A stretch of 64,000 nucleotides of DNA from Sedimentisphaerales bacterium (GCA_963708075.1 OY970194.1:6560001-6624000), one strand, 5' to 3'. Numbered from the stretch's first letter, positions 20,659 to 31,262 are shown. A program made the numbers and translations. The notes: generated from the sequence alone by a model not told the origin.

Positions 20659-20905
20659 CCGGGGCATCCACCAGATGACATCACCACCCTGCACTGTCCT
20701 CTTCAGACGCTAGGTTGCGGTGCAACCTAGCGCGTCTCAGAGTGGTCCCCCATGTGGCACCTCTTGTTTTCCTTTCTTCTTTCCTGGCTGCGTTCCTCCC
20801 ATCCATCCTCTGCGTCTCAGCGTCCCCATTCGACTGCGCTCAGAGCCCGCCCTGAGCTTCGCCGAAGGGGCAGGTTCTGCGTGAGAGAATCTATGCAGTT
20901 TTCGC
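20659..20905. repeat. ~245-bp direct repeat, copy A
   Basis: Near-identical to 22305-22549. Contains the hairpin cgctaggttgc-ggt-gcaacctagcg. Confidence 0.9.
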
Positions 20906-21610
20906 ACCGCTACTTGTCAGAATCTTGTCTTCCTGCGCACATTCTTGCGGAAGGGTAGCCTAAGTCGAGGCGACCAAACGGATTGTATCTCGCGCGGAGA
21001 CGCAGGGCCGCAGAGTTCAGGATGCGTTTTGACCGGGTTTTCTCTGCGCCTCCGCGTCTCTGCGCGAGTCGATTTTGGTTGCGGCCGAAGGCCGCGCTGC
21101 GTGGTTCGCGTGGTTCGCGGGTGAAGAGGCGGTTGTTGGTTGGTGGTTCTAAGTCGAGAACCCTTCGTGCAGTTCTTCGTGCTCTTCGTGGTGAAAATCT
21201 GCGGGCGAATAATGATTCGCCCCTACCGCGTTCGCGGGAATGACATAAGAGTTGATCTCTGCGTCCCTGCGTGAGATTGATCTTTTCGCATAGTTCGCGT
21301 CCCCCGATCGGGTCGACGGCGATGATTTCGCGGTTGAAGAGGAATACAACGCGTGGGTTGAAGAACCCACCCTACAATCTGCGTTCATCGATGTTCGTGA
21401 CGAACGGGGGTCGGGGATCAGGTGTCAGGGATCGGGTTGAAATCCGTTTCCATCCGTGGAATCCGTGTCGAAGGGGACATCATAGGGGAGAGTCTATTTC
21501 ATCCTCGTACGATGGAGTGTTATACTGGCAGGAAATCAGGACTTGGGGTCATCTGTGGACCCGTCTCATTACTGTTGGGCGGATGTGACCATGTACGCGT
21601 GGAAAGGGAG

Positions 21611-22159
21611 ATGATTCAGCCGACGATCCAGTTGAGAGGCCTTCGGCTGCGGCCGCTGCGCGTTGAAGACGCCGAGGCGTGGCACGGCTACCTGAGCGAT
21701 CCGCTGGTGATCGAACGGACGAGCTATCCGATCATGTCGCCGGCTGACGTCGTGTCGATGATCGAGAGGCGTCTGGCGGAGTACGCCGCGGGCACGTCGT
21801 GTATCTGGGCGATCACCGCGGAAGATGACCGTCTGCTGGGAACGTGCGGCTTCCGCCGGCTGTCGAGGGCCGAGGGTGTGGCGGAGTTAGCCTACGACCT
21901 CGCGAGGGCGTGGTGGGGTCGGGGGTACATGTCGCAGGCGGTTGGGGCGTGCGTCGATTGGGTCTTCGGGTGGCCGGAATTCGACCGGGTTGAGGCCTGC
22001 GTCGTGGTGGGCAACCGGAGGTCCGAGCGGGTGCTCGAGCGAGCGGGGTTCAGCCGAAAGGCGATGCTCAAGGCGTACAGGATGTGTCGAGGCGAGCCCC
22101 GGGACTATAGTCTATTCAGCCTGTCCCGGGCGGAGTGGGCTGACGCCGGGACGCCATGA
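21611..22159 (+). CDS. GNAT N-acetyltransferase, RimJ/RimL type
   Basis: LRLRPL..ED, AELAY.L...WWGRGYM..AV and N..S.RVLER.GF motifs. GGGAG RBS. Confidence 0.9.
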   Translation: MIQPTIQLRGLRLRPLRVEDAEAWHGYLSDPLVIERTSYPIMSPADVVSMIERRLAEYAAGTSCIWAITAEDDRLLGTCGFRRLSRAEGVAELAYDLARAWWGRGYMSQAVGACVDWVFGWPEFDRVEACVVVGNRRSERVLERAGFSRKAMLKAYRMCRGEPRDYSLFSLSRAEWADAGTP

Positions 22160-22304
22160 TTGCGGATTTCGGATTGTAGATTGCGGATTGGAAAGGCGGG
22201 CCAAGCTCCTACGTTCCTACCCTCTCACCTTCAGCCATCTTCTCTCCGTGGCCTCGGTGAGCTCCGTGGTGAAAAACATAGTGCTGGTTGTTTGTTGAGC
22301 GGGA

Positions 22305-22645
22305 CCGGGGCATCTACCAGATGGCATCACCACTCTGCACTGTCCTCTTCAGACGCTAGGTTGCGGTGCAACCTAGCGCCTCAGAGTGGTCCCCCATGTG
22401 GCACCTCTTGTTTTCCTTTCTTCTTTCCTGGCTGCGTTCCTCCCATCCATCCGCTGTGTCCTGGCGTCCCCATTCGACTGCGCTCAGAGCCGATCCTGCG
22501 CTTCGCCGAAGGGGCAGGTTCTGCGTGAGAGAATCTATGCAGTTTTCGCGTGGTTCGCGTCTTTCGCGGTTGAAAAATGGTTGTTGGTTGGTGGTTCTAA
22601 GTCGAGCACCCTTCGTGCAGTTCTTCGTGCTCTTCGTGGTGAAAG
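22305..22645. repeat. ~245-bp direct repeat, copy B, plus ~95-bp module shared with 21107-21196
   Basis: Direct sequence comparison within the window. Confidence 0.9.
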
Positions 22646-22764
22646 CCTTGAAGAAGCTCGGTGGGCGGAGCCCTGGTTGTTCTACACTGATGCCATAACG
22701 GAAGATTCGCAGAGCCCATTTTCCGAGCCAGAAACCAAGCTTCGGATTGGGTGTGGTCGGAATT

Positions 22765-23191
22765 CGGTGGCGGCGTGTAGCCGCCGTGTGCGGACTGCGC
22801 CTCTTTCGTCCCTTACGGGACTGGCTTGGCTCTCGTCCTTGGCCCCGGTTCCCCAGCGATCAATCGCTGGGCTATTCTCTATCGCCCTGCGGGCTTGGAC
22901 TGCGCCCGGACGGGTTGATCACTATCCCACAGGCGTTGCGGCTATTTTCTATCGCCCTCCGGGCGTCGACTGCGTCATGGCTGAGCTTCGTGATACTGCC
23001 AAATTGAAGGCTATTCTCTATTGCCCTGCGGGCTTGGACTTCGCTCCAGTCCTCTTGCGTCGGCCCGTCCGCCCCACGGGGGCGATCGACACTAGCCCAC
23101 CGTTTCAACGGTGGGTACGATAGTCAATCCTATCTCAAAGCCCCGTAGGGGCGAAAGAAGACCGGGCTGTGCTCTTGTGTCGGGTGGAATC
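22765..23191. repeat. composite palindromic repeat, uninterrupted copy (empty IS630 site)
   Basis: Aligns with the IS630 flanks and has a single TA in gacacTAgcccacc. Confidence 0.85.
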
Positions 23192-23370
23192 CGAATCCGC
23201 CACCGAATGCCGACCGCACCCCGCCGGGGCCGCTGCGCCGAGATGTGTAGAACAACCAGGGCGGAGCCCACCCTACCGGCTTCCGCCGAAGCCGTGCGCA
23301 GTTCAATCCCTCTGCGTGCCTCTGTGGCCTTCGCGGTTTCAATATCGGCGTTCATTGGGTGCGTCAGGGG

Positions 23371-24168
23371 CTATTTGATCCCCAGGACATCGGCCATGGA
23401 GTAGAGGGCGGGGGGCTTGTTGACCAGCCATTCGGCGGCTCGCAGGGCACCCCGGACGAAGGTGTCGCGGCTGTGGGCGGTGTGGTTCAGGGTGATCGTT
23501 TCGCCCAGGGCGCCGTAGATCACCGAGTGAACTCCTGTGATATCGCCGGCGCGGACGGCGTGCATGCCGATTGTGCCTTTCTTTCGCAGGGCGTCTTTAC
23601 CGGCCCGGCCGTGAGTGAGGCTGTCGGGGTAGGGCCGGCCGGTGGCTTGGCAGATCTTCTGGGCCAGGGTCAGGGCGCTGCCGCTGGGGGCATCCTTCTT
23701 GAAACGGTGGTGCTCCTCGATGATTTCGATGTCGTAGTCCTCGCCGAGCATGGCGGCGGCCTTGCCGACGAGCGAGAACAGGACGTTCATGCCGACGCTC
23801 ATGTTCGTGCCGTAGAGGATGGGGATCTTGCCGGCGGCGGCTTTGATCGCGTCCTGCTGGGCGTTGCTCAGGCCGGTCGTTCCCATGACCAGGGGGGTGC
23901 CATTTGCCGAGCATTTGGCTATGGTATCGTTGGCGGCCTCCGGCATGGAGAAGTCGATGGCTACGTCTGCCTTGGCGGGCCAGGCGCTGTTTATGGCGAG
24001 ATCGAGGCGTCCGATCCCCGCCAGAAGGCCCGCATCTTTGCCCGCGTCCGGGTGATCCGCCTTTTCGATAGCGCCAACGACGTTAAATCGTCCGGATTCC
24101 GCGGCCAAGGCAACAATTCGCCGGCCCATCCGGCCCGCCGCACCCACAACCACCAACTTTAGTCCCAT
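23371..24168 (-). CDS. dapB: 4-hydroxy-tetrahydrodipicolinate reductase
   Basis: GAAGRMG, IDFS, GTTG, NMSVG, EEHHRFKKDAPSGSAL and H.A.SRDTF..GAL.AA motifs. Confidence 0.97.
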   Translation of the reverse strand: MGLKLVVVGAAGRMGRRIVALAAESGRFNVVGAIEKADHPDAGKDAGLLAGIGRLDLAINSAWPAKADVAIDFSMPEAANDTIAKCSANGTPLVMGTTGLSNAQQDAIKAAAGKIPILYGTNMSVGMNVLFSLVGKAAAMLGEDYDIEIIEEHHRFKKDAPSGSALTLAQKICQATGRPYPDSLTHGRAGKDALRKKGTIGMHAVRAGDITGVHSVIYGALGETITLNHTAHSRDTFVRGALRAAEWLVNKPPALYSMADVLGIK

Positions 24169-25067
24169 CTGAGACTCCTTGTACCCATAACGGCTCACGT
24201 TTTGGCAGGAATATACCCTATATGTGCCGAGTTGACAAGCTTCAAGGGTGCGGCCGGAATACGGTGGCGATTGGCGCCACTCTTCGTAGGGTGAGCGTCC
24301 CCGCTCGCCCCTCCTGTCGTCTGGCCCCGCACCACACCCTGTCGATTGCAAGTCCCTACAATGGACGAGCGGGGACGCTCGTCCTACGCGGAGATCTGAA
24401 TTCGCCACCGAATGCCGGCCGCACCCAGCTTCAAGCGAAGTCCTGTCCAGGGAGAACAAGGCTGCCTGTAAACCGTACTATATATTGAGTTTTTGGCCGG
24501 TGAGCCCACAATTCACGAGATTGAGGTACTTTCTCGCGGTATCAGTATATATCACCGCTGCGGTGAGGTTTTCACCTGTTCGATTCTGTTCTTGCATCCC
24601 TCGGAGTGAAGATGGCAACCTGTCATCCTGCATCCTTGGGTGTTATGGGACGCAGTGGGTCTGAGGCCGGCAACTCAACGTGCTACTTGGGTGGTAGGCC
24701 AAAGCCGTCCCGAAAAGGGCAAAATCTGCAAAAAAGTTATTGCCACCGGCGGGTCGGACGATTAATATAATTGCTTTGATCAGTAGGACTAATGGCTGCC
24801 ACAGCCGTAGGCACGCTTCGAAAAGGTGCATGGAATGATTTTGACTGGACGTGTATAACGGTGCAGCGGCATAGGGATATAAAGTATGCAGAGTGCTGCA
24901 TTTGTGACCAGAGGATGGCTGTGGATCTGACGTTTCTGCTTGAGTATCGGAATGCCAGCGGGGTTGATGAGGTTTGGCTGGCTGAACAGGTGAAGGGCCA
25001 AACCAGCTATCGGAGGCGACAGATGTAGGCAAGAGGTAGATGACAACCTCGATTGGCAGGGGATACT

Positions 25068-25101
25068 GGAGTGGAAACGAGTTTGGTTTCCATTTTTTTT
25101 T
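25068..25101 (+). terminator. rimP-leader-type attenuator hairpin upstream of nusA
   Basis: ggagTGGAAAC-gagtttg-GTTTCCA-T9, about 75 nt before nusA. Confidence 0.7.
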
Positions 25102-25174
25102 GTATCGTGAAAAGCCGCCATCGGGCGGATAAGCGTCGGAGATGCGCTGTGTTGTAGGTAGAGAGAGCCAGATC

Positions 25175-26413
25175 ATGAACCAGGAACTGTTACGGATCGT
25201 CGAGAACATAGCCCGGGACAAGAACATCGACAAGGAGTCGATCTTCTCGGATTTGGAGGAAGCCATGGGCGCGGCAGTGCGGAAGCACTTCGGCGAACCG
25301 GACAGTGCGATTGTCGTTCAGATCGATCGAGCCACAGGAAAAGTCAGCGCAAGCAAGAACAGTGAGCCCATCGATATCAAGCGTCTGGGGCGCATCCCCG
25401 CGCAGACCGCCAAGCAGGTGATGATCCAGAAGATCCGCGCGGACGAGCGGGACAGCATCTTCAGCGAGTTTGCCCAGCGCAAAGGCCAGCTCATCAGCGG
25501 CAGCGTGGTTCGCTACGAGGGGGGAACGCTGATCGTCAGCCTGGACCACTGGACCGAGGGGTTCATGCCGAAGGGCGAGCAGATCATGGGCCAGACGCAT
25601 CGGCCCGGCGAGAGGATCCGCTGCCTGATCCTGGACGTGAAGGAAACCGCCAGTCAGGTGAAGATCATCCTGTCGCGGACGCACCCTGACTTTATCCGGC
25701 GGCTGTTCGAGTCGGAGGTCCCGGAGATCGCCGAGGGGATCATCGAGATTCGTGCCCTGGCCCGTGAGGCCGGGTATCGCAGTAAAGTGGCCGTCACATC
25801 GTACGACGATAAGGTGGACCCGGTCGGCGCCTGTGTAGGCGTCCGGGGAAGCCGGATCAAGAACATCGTCGACGAGCTTGGCGGCGAAAAGATAGATATC
25901 GTTCGGTGGAACGACTCGTCTCAGACTTTGGTGGCCAACGCACTGATGCCGGCCAAAGTCAGTGAAATTGCCTTATGCTTCGAGTTGGGTCGGGCCACAG
26001 TCGTAGTGGAGGAAGATCAACTCAGTCTGGCCATCGGCAAGCACGGCCAGAACGTTCGTTTGGCAGCACGGCTGACCGGGTGGGATATCGATATCCTGAC
26101 GCCTGACGAATACAACCAGGGCATCGAACGCCTGGCAACGTGTGTCAAGAGTGTGGAGGGAGCAGATGAAGTACTTGTGGACAAGCTCATCGCGCTGGGC
26201 ATTATCTCTGTCCTCGATCTGTCCGACGTGGGGTCCGAGCCCCTGGTCGGCGAATTGAAGCTGGACGCCGAGTTCGCCGAACGGCTGGTGGATGCCGCGG
26301 AAAAAGCGGCCAAAGCCGCCGCCGCCGCAGAATCCGAACGAAAGCAGGCGGAGCGGGAACCGGCCCAGCAGGGCAGGACATTGAATGCAGCGACTGAAGA
26401 GCGAGATGACTAG
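25175..26413 (+). CDS. nusA: transcription termination/antitermination factor NusA
   Basis: GRI.AQTAKQV..QKIR, S1 domain, KH domains (AREAGYRSKVAV, VGACVG.RGSRI, LAIGK.GQNVRLA). Confidence 0.98.
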   Translation: MNQELLRIVENIARDKNIDKESIFSDLEEAMGAAVRKHFGEPDSAIVVQIDRATGKVSASKNSEPIDIKRLGRIPAQTAKQVMIQKIRADERDSIFSEFAQRKGQLISGSVVRYEGGTLIVSLDHWTEGFMPKGEQIMGQTHRPGERIRCLILDVKETASQVKIILSRTHPDFIRRLFESEVPEIAEGIIEIRALAREAGYRSKVAVTSYDDKVDPVGACVGVRGSRIKNIVDELGGEKIDIVRWNDSSQTLVANALMPAKVSEIALCFELGRATVVVEEDQLSLAIGKHGQNVRLAARLTGWDIDILTPDEYNQGIERLATCVKSVEGADEVLVDKLIALGIISVLDLSDVGSEPLVGELKLDAEFAERLVDAAEKAAKAAAAAESERKQAEREPAQQGRTLNAATEERDD

Positions 26414-26427
26414 AACGTGGAGGTTCT

Positions 26428-29142
26428 TTGGCTACTACGAGAGTTTACATATTAGCGAAGGAGCTCGGAGTTAAGAGCGCCTCGATTGTGAAGAAGTGCC
26501 AGGACGAAGGCCTGGATGTAAGGAATCATATGGCCACCATTTCCGCGGGGTTGGCGGCCACGATTCGGGAGTGGTTCAGTGAGGGTGAGAATGTGACAAC
26601 CGTCGAGACGGCGGAAAAGGTGCACCTGGACGAGGTTCGCGTTCGAAAGCGACCGCAGCGTAAGAAGCTCCTCGACGGCGAGGAAGAGTTCGAAACCGAG
26701 GAGATCGAAGAGTCTGTGGCCGAGGTGGCCCAGGCGGTTGCGGAACCCCTGTCGCAGGTAGAAACGCCGACAGAGGAAACGACGGAAGCGGCGGAGATGG
26801 AGATTCCCCAGCCGGGGATAGAGGTGGTCGAGACGCCGCCGACCGCTCCTGTGGCGACGAGCGCCGTCATCGAGGAGTTGCCCGCTGAACCGCAAGTCAA
26901 GGCGCCTCCCAAGGTCGAGGAGAAGAAGATCGAGGTCAGGCCCGAGTTGGATGTCAAGCCGGCGGGCCCGATGCTCGAGAGGCCTACACCCGCAAAACTG
27001 AGTGGTCCGCAGATCGTTCGCGTGGAGGCGCCGGAAGTGATGGATCGTCCTCGCCCGCGGTTCAAGCCTCGGCATGAGAGAGCCGTTACGGAACCCTTGA
27101 TGTACGGCGGCGGTGCGAAAGCAAAAGCGGAACCAGCCACTGCCGGTGCCGCTGCCGCCGACAAGAAAAAGCACAAGGATCGGACGCACGGCCGCAGAAA
27201 AGATGAGACCGACGACGAAGCTCAGAAGAAGGCCAAGCTGCGGACGAAATGGCGGCAGAGGGATATTGAAGAGAGGCAGGCCCGGCTGACCGCCGCAGGT
27301 GGCGAGGGGCTTCGCATTCGTCCGTCGCGCAAGGTCACGTCGAAGGCCCAGCGTGAGGCCGCCGGCCCGGTCCGGCCCAAGAGAATCAACATCAATGAGC
27401 CGATCACGGCCAAGGACCTCGCTTTGGCTCTCGGCGTCAAGGCCACCGACGTCATCGGCAAGCTGATCCAGCAGGGCACGATGGCCACAGCCAATCAGAC
27501 GATCAGCAACGAAGTGGCCGAGTTGGTCGCCCTGGAGTTCGACACGGAACTCGTCGTCGAGCAGAGAACCACACTGGAGGAAGATATCCAAAAGGAATTC
27601 GAAGCCCGCGAGCGCAAGAATCTGACAAGACGGGCCGTGGTGGCCGCCATGCTCGGGCACGTGGACCACGGCAAAACGAGTTTGTTGGACCGGATCCGGC
27701 AGACCCATGTGGCCGCCGGAGAAGCCGGCGGCATCACGCAGCACATCGGCGCTTCCCAGGTCAGTTGGGACACCAAGACGGTCACGTTCCTCGACACGCC
27801 GGGCCACGAGGCATTCACCGCCATGCGGGCTCGGGGTGCGAACATGACGGATATCGTCGTCTTGACGGTCGCCGCGAACGACGGCGTGATGCCCCAGACC
27901 GTGGAGGCCATCGCGCACAGCAAGGCGGCGGGCGTGCCGATTGTCGTGGCTCTGAACAAGATCGATCTGCCGGGCCTCGACATCAATCGGATCTACGCGC
28001 AGTTGTCCGAGCACGGTCTGACTCCCACCGAGTGGGGCGGCGATACGGAAGTTGTCAAGACCAGCGCGGTCACCGGCCAGGGCATCAGCGATCTCCTGGA
28101 GGCGCTGGACTACGTGGCGGAACTGCGTGACCTGAAGGCGGACGACACCATCCCGGCGACCGGCTGGGTGGTGGAGGCCAAATTGTCATCCCAGCAGGGC
28201 CCGGTGGCGACGGTCCTGATCAAAGAAGGCCAGCTCAGCCGCGGCGACGTGATTCTGGCAGGCAAAACCTACGGCCGCGTGAAAGCGATGAGGGACAGTT
28301 ACGGCCGCGAGATCAAAGTGGCCACCAGTTCCATGCCCGTCGAGATCGTCGGGCTCAACGGTGTGCCCCAGGCGGGCGACCGGTTCTATTGCCTGGACGA
28401 CCTGAACCGGGCCAAGGCGGTCGCCGAAGAGGGCCGGCTTCTTCAGAGGGAGCGGTCCCTGGCCGAGCGAACCCAGGTCACCATGGAAAACCTGTTCAGC
28501 CAGATTGCGGCCGGCAAGGTCAAGGATCTGAATCTGATCATCCGGGCGGACGTGCAGGGGTCGGTGGACGTGCTGAAGAAGTACCTGTCCGAGCTCAGTA
28601 CGTCGGAAGTGAGGATCAATATCCTGCAGGCGATCACGGGCGGTATTACGGAAGGCGACGTGCTTCTGGCGGAGGCTTCCAACGCGATCATCATCGGCTT
28701 CAACGTCGTGGCGGATGAGCATGCCGCCAAGACGGCGGAGTCCGAAGGTGTCGATATTCGATTGTACAACATCATCTACCGGATCACCGAGGATCTGCAG
28801 AAATCCATGGTCGGGTTGCTGGAGCCGCAAGAGCAGGAGAGATCTCTCGGCCGAGTGGTTGTCCGGGCCACGTTCAAAGTCTCCCGAATCGGCACCGTGG
28901 CCGGCTGCTATGTCACCAGCGGCGTAGTGACCAAGAGTGCGAAGGCGCGGTTGATCCGCGACAATGTCATTGTCAGGGACGCTCTGACGATCGAGTCCTT
29001 GAAGCATGTCAAGGATGACGTCCGGGAGGTCAAGACAGGAATGGAATGCGGCATCAAGCTGGCCGGATTCGACGACATCAAAGTGGACGATGTGCTTGAT
29101 TTCTATGAGATCGTCAAGGTGGCCCGAACCCTTCAGGCATAA
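26428..29142 (+). CDS. infB: translation initiation factor IF-2
   Basis: [31 protein letters not shown] and NKID motifs. TTG start after GGAGG. Confidence 0.98.
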   Translation: MATTRVYILAKELGVKSASIVKKCQDEGLDVRNHMATISAGLAATIREWFSEGENVTTVETAEKVHLDEVRVRKRPQRKKLLDGEEEFETEEIEESVAEVAQAVAEPLSQVETPTEETTEAAEMEIPQPGIEVVETPPTAPVATSAVIEELPAEPQVKAPPKVEEKKIEVRPELDVKPAGPMLERPTPAKLSGPQIVRVEAPEVMDRPRPRFKPRHERAVTEPLMYGGGAKAKAEPATAGAAAADKKKHKDRTHGRRKDETDDEAQKKAKLRTKWRQRDIEERQARLTAAGGEGLRIRPSRKVTSKAQREAAGPVRPKRININEPITAKDLALALGVKATDVIGKLIQQGTMATANQTISNEVAELVALEFDTELVVEQRTTLEEDIQKEFEARERKNLTRRAVVAAMLGHVDHGKTSLLDRIRQTHVAAGEAGGITQHIGASQVSWDTKTVTFLDTPGHEAFTAMRARGANMTDIVVLTVAANDGVMPQTVEAIAHSKAAGVPIVVALNKIDLPGLDINRIYAQLSEHGLTPTEWGGDTEVVKTSAVTGQGISDLLEALDYVAELRDLKADDTIPATGWVVEAKLSSQQGPVATVLIKEGQLSRGDVILAGKTYGRVKAMRDSYGREIKVATSSMPVEIVGLNGVPQAGDRFYCLDDLNRAKAVAEEGRLLQRERSLAERTQVTMENLFSQIAAGKVKDLNLIIRADVQGSVDVLKKYLSELSTSEVRINILQAITGGITEGDVLLAEASNAIIIGFNVVADEHAAKTAESEGVDIRLYNIIYRITEDLQKSMVGLLEPQEQERSLGRVVVRATFKVSRIGTVAGCYVTSGVVTKSAKARLIRDNVIVRDALTIESLKHVKDDVREVKTGMECGIKLAGFDDIKVDDVLDFYEIVKVARTLQA

Positions 29143-29181
29143 GGGATGCCAGGCCGCCAACGTCAGAGAAAGAATAGTCCT

Positions 29182-29598
29182 ATGCCGACCCGAAGACAGG
29201 AAAAAGTCGCTCGCCTGGTGAAAGAGGTGGTCAGTGAGGCCATCCTCAGCCATCTGAGCGACCCGCGGATCACGGGGATCGTCAGCGTCACTCGCGTGGC
29301 CGTGACGCCGGATCTGCGCAATGCCGACGTGTACTTGAGCGTCTTTGGGACCAGCGACAGCGAGAAGGAGAGAACCTTTGAGGCGATCACCCACGCCAGG
29401 GCGAGAATCCAATCCCTTCTGGCGGCGGCGATACAGAGCAAGTTCTGCCCGACGCTTCGCTTCCACAAAGACGAGCAGTTCCAGAAAATGCTCGAGACCA
29501 TGCGACTGATCGACCAGGTGGCCAGCGAGCATCGCGATGAGGGCGGCAAGCCGGATGAGCAACAAGATGAGTCTTCGCGAACTCCTGATGGGTCCTGA
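29182..29598 (+). CDS. rbfA: ribosome-binding factor A
   Basis: DPRI...VSVT.V.VTPDLR.A.VY.S...P.LRF..D motif. Follows infB. Confidence 0.95.
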   Translation: MPTRRQEKVARLVKEVVSEAILSHLSDPRITGIVSVTRVAVTPDLRNADVYLSVFGTSDSEKERTFEAITHARARIQSLLAAAIQSKFCPTLRFHKDEQFQKMLETMRLIDQVASEHRDEGGKPDEQQDESSRTPDGS

Positions 29599-29667
29599 TC
29601 TGCTTCATCCTGCTGACGTACCCTGGACCTGTGAGGCCGTTGTTATGCCGCAGCGTTTGGAAGGGCC

Positions 29668-30339
29668 ATGAGAAAAAGCAGGGAATATGCCCAACGACTA
29701 CAGAGGCTCTATCGCGGCCTCAAGCGTGTGCACGCGAAGATCGAGCCGGTGATCCACGACGATCCGGTGGACGCACTGATCTATGGCGTCGTCAGCGAGA
29801 GGATGAGTGCTTCGGCCGCCGAGGCGGCCATGAAAGCGATCCGTAGAACGTTTGTCAGTTGGAACGACCTGCGCGTCTCCCGTCCGGAGGAGATCGTGGA
29901 GGCGCTGGGACATGATACGGCGGCGGGCAGGGACACGGCGTCCGTGCTTACCGCGGCGCTGCGGGCCGTCTTCGACGTACATCATACCGTAAGCCTGGAA
30001 GCCCTGAAGAAGCTGGGAAAGCGACCCGCCAGGCAGGCGATCGAGAAACTGGGCATCAGCCGCTTCACCGCGAACTACTGCATGCTGACGTCCATGGAGG
30101 CCCATGCCATTCCGTTGACCGAGCCGATGCTCGGCTATCTCAAGCACCACAAAGTTGTCGATGCCCAGGCCGACATGGAGGATATCGAAGGCTTCCTGAC
30201 GAGGCAGGTGCCCGCGAAGAAGGCGTATGAATTCTATGCCCTCTTGCGCGAGGAATGTGAGCACTGTAAACCCGCCGCCAGGAGATCGCCCGGAAAGGCC
30301 CGGCGCAAGACCGGAAAAGCGACAAAGGGCAGGAAGTAG
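29668..30339 (+). CDS. HhH-GPD/endonuclease III-like protein, degenerate
   Basis: DP+D.L+, F..WNDLRVS..EEI...L and HAIP motifs. No Fe-S Cys cluster. Basic tail. Confidence 0.6.
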   Translation: MRKSREYAQRLQRLYRGLKRVHAKIEPVIHDDPVDALIYGVVSERMSASAAEAAMKAIRRTFVSWNDLRVSRPEEIVEALGHDTAAGRDTASVLTAALRAVFDVHHTVSLEALKKLGKRPARQAIEKLGISRFTANYCMLTSMEAHAIPLTEPMLGYLKHHKVVDAQADMEDIEGFLTRQVPAKKAYEFYALLREECEHCKPAARRSPGKARRKTGKATKGRK

Positions 30340-30386
30340 GTCCCCTACGGGCGACAGTGACGACACGAATCAGAGAAATGGAGACC

Positions 30387-31262
30387 ATGTCAGAACGAAT
30401 CCTGAAATTCGGCATCCCCGCCGGCAGTCTGCAGAAGGCCACGACCGACCTGTTCGAGAAGGCCGGGTTCAATATTTGCGACTCCAAACGGAACTATCAG
30501 CCGACGGTTGACGATGAGGAGATCCAACTGGTGTGTCTGCGCGCCCAGGAGATGGGGCGGTATGTGGGCGAAGGGGTCCTCGACGCGGGCATTACCGGGT
30601 ATGACTGGATCCGGGAGAATGCCTGTGAGGTCGTGGAGGTATGCGAGCTGCCGTACAGCAAGGCGACGAGCAATCCCACACGATGGGTGCTGGCCGTCCC
30701 GAACGAATCCCGCGTCACCCGGCCGGAGGACCTCCAGGGCGGTATCGTTGCCACCGAGCTGGTCAACGTGACCCGGCAATACTTCCAGGACCGCAAGATC
30801 GATGTGAAGATCGAGTTCAGTTGGGGGGCGACGGAAGTCAAAGCCCGCCTCATCGACGCCATCGTCGAGCTGACCGAGACGGGGACCTCGCTGCACGCCA
30901 ACAACCTGCGGGTCATCGATACCGTGGTCGTCTCCACGACGAGAATGATCGCCAATTGCACGGCCTGGCAGGACGCCTTCAAACACGAGAAGATCGAGAA
31001 CATTGCGATCCTGCTCCAGGCGGCGATCGAGGCGCGCCGCAAGGTCGGCCTGAAGATGAACATCCGCAAGGACAGCCTGGACACGATCCTCAAGATCCTG
31101 CCCGCCGAGAAGAGTCCCACGATCTCCAGTCTGGCCGACTCCAGGTATATTGCCATCGAGGTGATCGTGGACGATAATGTCGAGAGGACCCTGGTGCCCG
31201 CCCTCAAGAGGGCCGGAGCCAGCGGCATCATCACGTATCCGTTGAACAAGGTGATTCACTGA
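30387..31262 (+). CDS. hisG: ATP phosphoribosyltransferase (long form)
   Basis: GIPAGSL, DAGITG.DW..E and DAIVELTETGTSL.ANNL motifs, plus the C-terminal regulatory domain. Confidence 0.97.
   Translation: MSERILKFGIPAGSLQKATTDLFEKAGFNICDSKRNYQPTVDDEEIQLVCLRAQEMGRYVGEGVLDAGITGYDWIRENACEVVEVCELPYSKATSNPTRWVLAVPNESRVTRPEDLQGGIVATELVNVTRQYFQDRKIDVKIEFSWGATEVKARLIDAIVELTETGTSLHANNLRVIDTVVVSTTRMIANCTAWQDAFKHEKIENIAILLQAAIEARRKVGLKMNIRKDSLDTILKILPAEKSPTISSLADSRYIAIEVIVDDNVERTLVPALKRAGASGIITYPLNKVIH

Noticed and set aside
22866..23040. True CRISPR array
   Set aside because: Only 2-3 partly degenerate repeats, embedded in a REP-like composite, with no cas genes or AT-rich leader. Kept only as a repeat-spacer curiosity.
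20752..23404. Small ORFs such as MWHLLFSFLLSW... in the repeat region
   Set aside because: They are translations of repeat sequence, and the frames diverge between the two copies.
24792..25028. rimP or another known CDS upstream of nusA
   Set aside because: There are no RimP motifs and the composition is atypical, so it was left unannotated.
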